The position numbers were made by a program, and so were the translations under genes. The notes below the pieces were generated by a model. The model ran no database searches and was not told the origin of the DNA. It worked only from the letters and a program-made list of their open reading frames with translations. Below, piece by piece: positions 6,871 through 12,891 of a stretch of DNA of 12,891 bases. Source of the DNA: Candidatus Nanohalobium sp. (GTDB lineage: Archaea > Nanohalarchaeota > Nanosalinia > Nanosalinales > Nanosalinaceae); assembly GCA_042217545.1 (NCBI GenBank), contig JBDGSM010000052.1, forward strand, positions 1 to 12,891. Direction: 5' to 3'. The stretch's first letter is position 1, and every line of letters begins with the position of its first letter.

Positions 6871-7371
6871 GTGGATAACCAGAACTTCTACCTCAAAATA
6901 TCAGGAGCAGCTATCTCAGTAATACTTGCAGCCTCAGCACTAATTCTCAACACAGGAATCCGAGGCCTTACCGCAGCAGCATTCACAGCAGCCGCAGCAG
7001 TACTGATCCGGAGCGCCGAGAAAAGCTCCCGGAAAACAGGAAGAACGGACAGGATGAAGGCAACCCTCAAAGCAGTAAAACCTGCAGCAGAACTTATACT
7101 GATCTCCTCAGGCCTGATCAGCTACTCGCCAACCACAACAGTATCAACAGCAGTAATAGGCCTTGTATCCTTCTCCGAGATCTTCTCCAGAGGAGGCCTG
7201 GAATCACAAGAGTTCTTCGGCCAGGAAGTCCGCACCGGATTACTGATCCTTACCTTCATAGGCCTCACATTCAACGAATACATCCTGTTCTACGGTCTTA
7301 TCGCAGTAGGCCTTGTCGCAGCATTTGACTCGCTCTACATGCTGTACGAATCCATGGATACCGGTTTTTAA
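6871..7371 (+). CDS. Polytopic membrane protein (166 aa), possible degenerate CDP-alcohol phosphotransferase homolog
   Basis: About 5-6 hydrophobic segments. Start moved to GTG 6871 because a TATA-like TTTAAC (6841-6846) preceded by GGAAAA lies about 25-30 nt upstream, and the track's N-terminal extension runs through the hairpin region. Confidence 0.8.
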   Translation: MDNQNFYLKISGAAISVILAASALILNTGIRGLTAAAFTAAAAVLIRSAEKSSRKTGRTDRMKATLKAVKPAAELILISSGLISYSPTTTVSTAVIGLVSFSEIFSRGGLESQEFFGQEVRTGLLILTFIGLTFNEYILFYGLIAVGLVAAFDSLYMLYESMDTGF

Positions 7372-7449
7372 GGCCTTTCTGGCTTTGTTTTGAGAGCTGT
7401 TGTGTTGTGTTCCTCAAGTATTTAATTTTTCCCGCACCCTTTGTTTTGT

Positions 7450-7953
7450 ATGAAGGCTCCAATCTGTAATGTATGTCTAAAGAGCGATGTTCTCTGCAGC
7501 AAGTGTGGGGAGAAGCTGGAAAACGGAGAGATCTCAGAACTCGAAATCGAAGTATCAAGGATCCTGAAGGATCTAAGCAGTGAGTACGGCTCACTGAGAG
7601 ACTCAGAGATCCTTCACGTCTACGACACTGAAAATGTCGTCATCATAGTAACTGCAGAAGGCGACGGAGCAAAAGTCGTAGGCAGAAGCGGCGAGATCGT
7701 CAAAAAGGTCGCGGAAGAGATTGACAAGTCGATCAGAGTAGTCGAGAAAAGCGAGGACGACAGAGATGTTATCAAAGGCCTTTTGAGCCCTGCTGAAGTT
7801 GAAAGTATCAACACAGTCTTCAGTCCAGAGGGCGAGTACAAGAAGGTCGTCGTCAGCGACGAGTACGAGGGCAAGATCAACCTCAGTGAAGACGAGTTCG
7901 AAGAGATCATCGAAGAGATCACAGACACCAAGTACGAACTCTCCTTCGAATAA
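7450..7953 (+). CDS. Archaeal NusA-like protein with N-terminal Zn-binding motif and KH domain
   Basis: MKAPICNVCLKSDVLCSKC (CxxC-x6-CxxC); KH loop VVGRSGEIVKKV...IRVVE. ATG 7450 with TATTTAAT at 7419-7426. Confidence 0.88.
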   Translation: MKAPICNVCLKSDVLCSKCGEKLENGEISELEIEVSRILKDLSSEYGSLRDSEILHVYDTENVVIIVTAEGDGAKVVGRSGEIVKKVAEEIDKSIRVVEKSEDDRDVIKGLLSPAEVESINTVFSPEGEYKKVVVSDEYEGKINLSEDEFEEIIEEITDTKYELSFE

Positions 7954-8056
7954 AGCATCGCTCACAGATCTCTCAACTTTTCTTTTTCCTATTGAAGGCC
8001 TTCAACGCTTTCTGGCTGCGGTCGGTATTAAAATTCTTCAGGTAAACTTTCTAGAT

Positions 8057-9883
8057 ATGACGACAGACAAAAACAGCAAAAGTTTTATCGTGGCGATCGA
8101 CCAGGAGAAGATCGAGCCAGACCTGGCCCGGGAGACAGTAGTCAAGTACGATCCACTGAACAGGGCAGGAAAAGAGGGAGGTTTCCACGTAACGGAGGAA
8201 GGACAGCTCCACATCGACAACGAGAAGGTGATGGAGGCCCACAAGATGGCTATAAACAAGTACCCTCATGAAGGAGCCATCAAACTTATCCGGCTTGACA
8301 GGGAGTTCGGGGAGAAGATCCACCAGTTCGGGGAAAACGCTTTCCGACTGTACGGACTACCGGAACCGCAGGAAGGCCGCGTAGTGGGAATCCTCGGAAG
8401 AAACGGAATCGGAAAATCCACCGCACTAAAAATACTATCCGGCGACATCAAGCCGAACCTCGGAAACTATGAGGACGCTCCTGACTGGAAGAAGATTCAG
8501 GAAGAATACAGAGGGACAGGCCTCCAGGAACACTTCAACAAGCTAGCGGAAGGAAACGTAGAGGCCTCCTATAAACCGCAGCAGGTGGACAAGATACCAG
8601 AGTTCCACGACGGAGAAGTAGGAGAACTCCTGGAGAAAGCGGACGAGAAAGACGCAGCGGAGAAGTTCGCTGAAAAACTTGACATCGACCATCTACTGGA
8701 CAGGGATATCGACGAGCTTTCAGGAGGAGAGCTGCAGAGAGTGGCGATCGCATCCTGCCTCGTAAAAGATTCTTCTATTTATGTAATCGACGAGCCTTCC
8801 TCATTCCTGGACGTTAAACAGCGTCTGAACGTGGGAAGAGCGATCCAGGAACTTGGAGAGGAGAAGAGTGTTCTAGTGGTAGAGCACGACCTGGCGACTC
8901 TGGACCTGGTCTCCTCGGCGATCCACGTCTTCCACGGAGAGCCGGGAGCATACGGAATGGTGTCGAACGCATTAAGCACCAGAGAGGGAATCAACCAGTA
9001 CCTCGAAGGCTACCTGAAGACACACAACCTGAGAATAAGAGACGACTCCATAAGCTTTGACAGGACGAAGAGAAGCCAGGTGGAGAAGAAAGCTGAAACA
9101 CTGAGCTTCCCTGAGATGAAGAAGAACTTTGGGGAAGACGAGTTCCAGCTAGAGACAGAAGCCGGTGCACTACACGAAGAAGAGATACTCGCGATATTCG
9201 GAGAGAACGGGGTCGGAAAGACCACTTTCGCAAAGATGCTCGCAGGCGCCCTGAAGCCTGAAGAAGGCGAGACACCTGAGGCCTCGGTCAGCTACAAAGC
9301 GCAATATCTAGAAGCAAAGGACGAAAGAGTCGACACCGCGATCAGCAAACATGTCAACCCTGAGTCGAAGAAGTTCAAGGCCAGGATCGCAGAACCGTTA
9401 GGCCTTGAAGACCTGTACGAACAGAACCTGCAGGAACTTTCCGGAGGAGAGCTACAGCGCGTAGGAATCGCGATCTGCCTCGCAAGAGAAGCGGACGTTT
9501 ATCTCCTGGACGAGCCATCAGCCTATCTGGATGTCGAATCCCGTGTAGAGCTAGGTAAGGCCCTGAAACGGTTCGCGAGAAAGACGGAAAAGCCGCTCAT
9601 GGTTATCGACCACGACCTCCTCCTTCTCGACTACATCGCGGACAGGGGAATGGTCTTCACAGGAGAACCAGGAAAAAGCGGGAAGACCACCGAGCCATTG
9701 AAGATCGAAGAGGCGATGAACGAGTTCCTGAAAGAAGTCGACATCACCTTCAGAAGAGACCCTGAGACCGGAAGGCCTCGCGCCAACAAGTCTGGTAGCC
9801 AGAAAGACAAAGAGCAGAGGAAGAACGACGAGTTCTACGAACAGAAAGCACTGAAGAAAAACAGTGATGACGACGATGAATAG
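8057..9883 (+). CDS. rli: Ribosome recycling ATPase ABCE1/Rli1 (N-terminal FeS-type domain lacks cysteines)
   Basis: FRLYGLPEP, Walker A GRNGIGKST and GENGVGKTT, two LSGGELQR signatures, DEPS Walker B, EHD/DHD H-loops, hinge TFRRDPETGRPRANK. Start moved to ATG 8057 (TATTAAAA at 8026-8033); the track's extension is a low-complexity off-frame overlap with the upstream gene. Confidence 0.97.
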   Translation: MTTDKNSKSFIVAIDQEKIEPDLARETVVKYDPLNRAGKEGGFHVTEEGQLHIDNEKVMEAHKMAINKYPHEGAIKLIRLDREFGEKIHQFGENAFRLYGLPEPQEGRVVGILGRNGIGKSTALKILSGDIKPNLGNYEDAPDWKKIQEEYRGTGLQEHFNKLAEGNVEASYKPQQVDKIPEFHDGEVGELLEKADEKDAAEKFAEKLDIDHLLDRDIDELSGGELQRVAIASCLVKDSSIYVIDEPSSFLDVKQRLNVGRAIQELGEEKSVLVVEHDLATLDLVSSAIHVFHGEPGAYGMVSNALSTREGINQYLEGYLKTHNLRIRDDSISFDRTKRSQVEKKAETLSFPEMKKNFGEDEFQLETEAGALHEEEILAIFGENGVGKTTFAKMLAGALKPEEGETPEASVSYKAQYLEAKDERVDTAISKHVNPESKKFKARIAEPLGLEDLYEQNLQELSGGELQRVGIAICLAREADVYLLDEPSAYLDVESRVELGKALKRFARKTEKPLMVIDHDLLLLDYIADRGMVFTGEPGKSGKTTEPLKIEEAMNEFLKEVDITFRRDPETGRPRANKSGSQKDKEQRKNDEFYEQKALKKNSDDDDE

Positions 9884-10121
9884 AGAGAAAATAGATATCG
9901 ATAGAGGAGACAACGACATCGTCTTCGTAAGGCCTGAACTCGACATGGAGGACGTATCAGAGAAAGAAGACCCGAGAAACTTTCTTGAAGAAAAGATGAA
10001 ACAGGAAGGCCTTGAATGGGAGAACGCCCGGATAATAGGCCTGTTCCAGGACGAGTTCACACTGATGCTGGACACCAAAGGAAAGGTCCTGCTCGACGGC
10101 GAAGAAGTATACAGCCACTGA
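9876..10121 (+). CDS. Hypothetical acidic protein (~81 aa)
   Basis: MNREKIDIDRGDNDIVFVRPELD...; overlaps the ABCE1 stop, has an SD-like AGTGAT at 9863-9868, and matches host composition. ATG 9867 is an alternative start. Confidence 0.8.
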   Translation: MNREKIDIDRGDNDIVFVRPELDMEDVSEKEDPRNFLEEKMKQEGLEWENARIIGLFQDEFTLMLDTKGKVLLDGEEVYSH

Positions 10122-10160
10122 CCAAAAGGCCTACAAGTTTTTCGGTTCGAAACACTTTCT

Positions 10161-11084
10161 ATGACAGACTGGACCGCAGACGACATGCCGGATCTCAAAG
10201 GTAAAACCGTTATCGTTACAGGAGCTAACTCAGGCCTAGGATTCGAAGCTACAAAGGAACTCGCCCGGAAAGGCGCAAATGTAACGATGGCATGCAGGAG
10301 CATCGAACGCGGGAAAAACGCGAAAGAAGAGATAGAGAAAGAAATTCCCGGGGCCTCTCTCGAGGTAAGACAGCTTGATCTTGCAAGCCTTGAATCGATC
10401 GACGAGTTTGCGGAAGAGTACAAGGCCAACCATGAAGAACTCGATATACTCTGCAACAACGCAGGCCTCATGAACATTCCAAGACAGGAAACGGAGGACG
10501 GCTTCGAAAAACAGTTCGGCGTAAACCACCTCGGACACTTCGCACTAACATCAAAACTTCTCCCAGTACTGAAGAAAGCCGAAGAGGCAAGGATCGTGAC
10601 ACAGAGCTCAGGCCTCCATGAGAGAGGAAGAATCAACTTCAACGATCTTATGAAAGAGGGAAAATATGATTCAGGACAGGCCTACGCAGACTCAAAGCTG
10701 GCCAACGTCCTGTTCGCCTACGAACTTGACAGGAAGATCAGGAGGGAAGGCCTCGACATGAAATCGGTCGCTGCCCACCCCGGTTTCGCAGCCACGAACC
10801 TTCAGAACGCCGAGGAGAACGATAACTTCTTCCTGAAAGAGCTCGGTATGAAGGCCTTCACGAAAATCTTTGCACAGAGTGCTGCCAAAGGCGCTCTGCC
10901 TATGCTATACGCTGCGTCGGCTTCATATGTTGAAGGCGGCGAATACATCGGGCCAGGAGGTCTGATGAATATGAGAGGTCTTCCAGAGAAACAGGAAAGT
11001 TCAGAGGCCTCTTATGACACAGAGACGGCTGAAGAGCTGTGGGCTGTAAGCGAGGAGTTGACAGGCCTGAGTTTTGAGGTCTAG
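10161..11084 (+). CDS. Short-chain dehydrogenase/reductase (retinol dehydrogenase/WWOX-like subgroup)
   Basis: TGANSGLG, LDLAS, NNAG, FGVNHLGHFALT, catalytic YADSK, HPG, LWAVSEELTG. Confidence 0.96.
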   Translation: MTDWTADDMPDLKGKTVIVTGANSGLGFEATKELARKGANVTMACRSIERGKNAKEEIEKEIPGASLEVRQLDLASLESIDEFAEEYKANHEELDILCNNAGLMNIPRQETEDGFEKQFGVNHLGHFALTSKLLPVLKKAEEARIVTQSSGLHERGRINFNDLMKEGKYDSGQAYADSKLANVLFAYELDRKIRREGLDMKSVAAHPGFAATNLQNAEENDNFFLKELGMKAFTKIFAQSAAKGALPMLYAASASYVEGGEYIGPGGLMNMRGLPEKQESSEASYDTETAEELWAVSEELTGLSFEV

Positions 11085-11437
11085 CTTAATGTGCCTCGCC
11101 ACAGGTCGAGGCCTGGAATACTCAGGTATGTTTCCTCGTTTGCGCTGAGGTAGAAAAGTGGTTCTTGATCCTGTTCGACAGCTACTTTCAGGTCTCCGCC
11201 GTCTATCTCCATGTACTGCTGGACGTTTTCCTCTCCGCCGAAGGAGTCTACAAGGCGTTCGTATCTGTCACCCAGATCTGTCTTCCACTTCATCTCGGTA
11301 TCATCCGGGTAGGAGATCTCTGCACGCCCCATGACCTGCAGCTGGCTTCTCACCTGTTCTGTGTCTGTAGGCCTCAAAGATTCACGTACAACGCTCCAGT
11401 TATCCCCCGGCTCCCAGCTATTCCTTGAAATGTACAT
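11081..11437 (-). CDS. Hypothetical protein (~118 aa)
   Basis: Acidic ORF filling the gap between SDR and Nudix genes; its stop overlaps the convergent SDR stop in CTAG (11081-11084). ATG 11437 preferred over TTG 11446. Confidence 0.8.
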   Translation of the reverse strand: MYISRNSWEPGDNWSVVRESLRPTDTEQVRSQLQVMGRAEISYPDDTEMKWKTDLGDRYERLVDSFGGEENVQQYMEIDGGDLKVAVEQDQEPLFYLSANEETYLSIPGLDLWRGTLS

Positions 11438-11510
11438 AGGAAACAATTAACGGCAAAAATCTAAAAGAGAACCGGCACACCTAAAAAATTCTACACAGCA
11501 AAAGCTTTCC

Positions 11511-12461
11511 ATGGACAAAGTTCCCGTCTCAAAAGGCCTGATAGAGAACGAAAACGGAGAGTTCCTGATGCTGAAGAAAGCCGAAGACTACGACTTCACA
11601 GCAGGAAAATGGGAACAGCCAGGTGGACGCATCCAGAAACTGGATGCTCCTAACAGCATCTCTGCTGGAGATGCGGATGGAAAGATAGAGGAAAGGGAAA
11701 ACCGGTTCGAAGCTTTGAAACGTGAAGTGAAGGAGGAGACAGGCCTTGAGATCGAAGAGTCTGAGGATCTTGTAAGGATCGAGCTGGAGGACGAAAACCA
11801 TATCAACTGCTACGTACTTCACAGCTCCGACTTTTCAGGCGAGATCGAACTCTCCGGGGAACACGAAGATTTCTGCTGGGTAAGGCCTGAAAAGTTCTCC
11901 GAACTGGAATGGCATAGAGACTCCGCCTACATCCTTCCCCCGGGACGTTACTGCGAGAAATACCTGAAAGACGAGAGAGATTACGGTTCCGGCATGGAGA
12001 TCGCAGTCGTCAAGGCCCTGGTACAGAACGAGGAAGGAAAGTTCCTCGCTGTGAAGAAATCTGTTATAGAGAAGGTCTCCTCCGGCCAGCGGTTCAAAAA
12101 ATACGGCGACATGAGCGGGAAATGGGGGCTACCTGGCGGCAGGATAGGTAAAAGGAAAGATGAGGACCGGTTCGAGGCCCTGGGGCGGGAGCTGGCTGAG
12201 GAGCTTGGTATTGAAGTTTCTGGAGGCGTTGATGTTGTACGTGAGGAGATCGAGGAGGAGAACACTGTAGACGTGTTCATCGTCCTGTTAAGGCCTGATG
12301 ACTGGAGCGGTCAGGTCGAGCTTTCCGAGGAGCATTCAGCTTTTGAATGGGTGAGGCCTGATGAATACCTGGAACTGGACTGGCATAAGGACGCGGGCTA
12401 CGGTTACTCACCGATGAAGTTTCTGGACGAGTACAAGGATATGGATCTGCGGTATGAATGA
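11511..12461 (+). CDS. Tandem double-domain Nudix hydrolase
   Basis: Nudix boxes GKIEERENRFEALKREVKEETGL and GGRIGKRKDEDRFEALGRELAEELGI; each domain ends with LSxEHxxFxWVRP..LxWHxD. Confidence 0.94.
   Translation: MDKVPVSKGLIENENGEFLMLKKAEDYDFTAGKWEQPGGRIQKLDAPNSISAGDADGKIEERENRFEALKREVKEETGLEIEESEDLVRIELEDENHINCYVLHSSDFSGEIELSGEHEDFCWVRPEKFSELEWHRDSAYILPPGRYCEKYLKDERDYGSGMEIAVVKALVQNEEGKFLAVKKSVIEKVSSGQRFKKYGDMSGKWGLPGGRIGKRKDEDRFEALGRELAEELGIEVSGGVDVVREEIEEENTVDVFIVLLRPDDWSGQVELSEEHSAFEWVRPDEYLELDWHKDAGYGYSPMKFLDEYKDMDLRYE
11624..11681. mobile_element. 54-nt in-frame palindromic insertion bounded by a TGGA direct repeat
   Basis: TGGA at 11624-11627 and 11678-11681; terminal inverted repeat CGCATC/GATGCG; hairpins GCATCCAG-AAA-CTGGATGC and GCATCTC-TGCTG-GAGATGC. 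Removing 11628-11681 restores WEQPGGKIEERE. Confidence 0.62.
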
Positions 12462-12470
12462 CTGTTCAGG

Positions 12471-12476
12471 TTTTTT
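12471..12476 (+). terminator. Oligo-T tract after the Nudix gene (archaeal intrinsic terminator candidate)
   Basis: TTTTTT starts 10 nt after the TGA at 12459-12461. Confidence 0.4.
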
Positions 12477-12520
12477 CAACAGGATTTCGGATTTAAGTTT
12501 TTGATACAGTGTACAGGTTC

Positions 12521-12891
12521 ATGGGGGAATGGGGTGAACCGGTTAGAAGTTTTCTTAACGGCGACAACCCTTCTGATCCCTCTGATTTCGCCCGGTTGAT
12601 GGGCTCTAAAGTCCCGGGCTGGCATCCTTCTCAGGTTTCTCCTCCAAGCGGTGAAGAATCAGTCGACCGCGATCCGATGAGAGAAGGCGATGCACAGATG
12701 ATCGCGAATAGCTTTGAACGGATGGTCGCCGAGGATTACTCAGGAAAGAATATCAGCGACGGTAAGGACTCTGAAGGAGAGGCCGACGTCGTTGTAGGCC
12801 TTAACGACCGAGCTTACGGCTGGCCGATCCAGGTGAAGTCCTGTCTCATGTACAGGATGGACAGCAGTTCGGACAGAGGCTACAGGCCTGG
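12521..12891 (+). CDS. Putative PD-(D/E)XK superfamily nuclease (5' part; runs off window edge)
   Basis: Not in track. MGEWGEPVRSFLNGDNPSDP...IANSFERMVAEDYSGKNISDGKDSEGEADVVVGLNDRAYGWPIQVKSCLMYRMDSSSDRGYRP shows a helix-E ... AD-hhh ... hQhK pattern. TATA-like ATTTAAGT at 12491-12498. Confidence 0.65.
   Translation, partial: MGEWGEPVRSFLNGDNPSDPSDFARLMGSKVPGWHPSQVSPPSGEESVDRDPMREGDAQMIANSFERMVAEDYSGKNISDGKDSEGEADVVVGLNDRAYGWPIQVKSCLMYRMDSSSDRGYRP

Larger units (their letters stand above)
3..12889. repeat. Dispersed, highly iterated palindrome AGGCCT (~58 copies)
   Basis: Hand count gives about 58 exact copies (e.g. 3, 644, 764, 872, 967, 1093 ... 12291, 12354, 12796, 12884) versus 12891/4096 = ~3 expected near 50% GC. 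Confidence 0.93.

Noticed and set aside
7799..8056. 86-codon N-terminal extension of ABCE1 given by the ORF track
   Set aside because: Ser/Arg/Thr-rich off-frame overlap with the NusA-like gene; a TATA sits about 24 nt upstream of ATG 8057. It contains no Cys that could replace the missing FeS ligands.
9551..10642. 363-aa minus-strand ORF and the many other antisense or alternate-frame ORFs
   Set aside because: Ser/Phe/Leu-rich shadows of acidic sense genes; they overlap well-supported CDSs and have no motifs.

Overview
Compact, ~50% GC archaeal window with a very acidic proteome and mostly leaderless-looking genes. It most likely comes from a halophilic DPANN archaeon such as Nanohaloarchaeota (inference from composition and gene types, not a database result). 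The left arm (minus strand) is a dispersed gatC-gatA-gatB cluster interleaved with a frameshifted HExxH metallopeptidase-like gene, a metallophosphoesterase, a 44-aa CPxCG zinc-finger micro-protein and a trans-isoprenyl diphosphate synthase. The right arm (plus strand) has ftsZ (FtsZ2-like), a membrane protein, a Zn/KH NusA-like protein, ABCE1/Rli1, a small hypothetical, an SDR oxidoreductase, a minus-strand hypothetical, a tandem double-Nudix hydrolase and a truncated PD-(D/E)XK-like nuclease. Most unusual signals: (1) the palindrome AGGCCT occurs about 58 times by hand count versus about 3 expected, in all reading frames, like a HIP1-type iterated palindrome; (2) ABCE1 keeps its N-terminal FeS-type domain but has no cysteines in it; (3) four stem-loops with a GGGC apex lie upstream of ftsZ, and two large hairpins with C-rich loops lie downstream; (4) a 54-nt in-frame twin-hairpin insertion bounded by a TGGA direct repeat sits at a Nudix box; (5) the membrane protein resembles a catalytically dead CDP-alcohol phosphotransferase.
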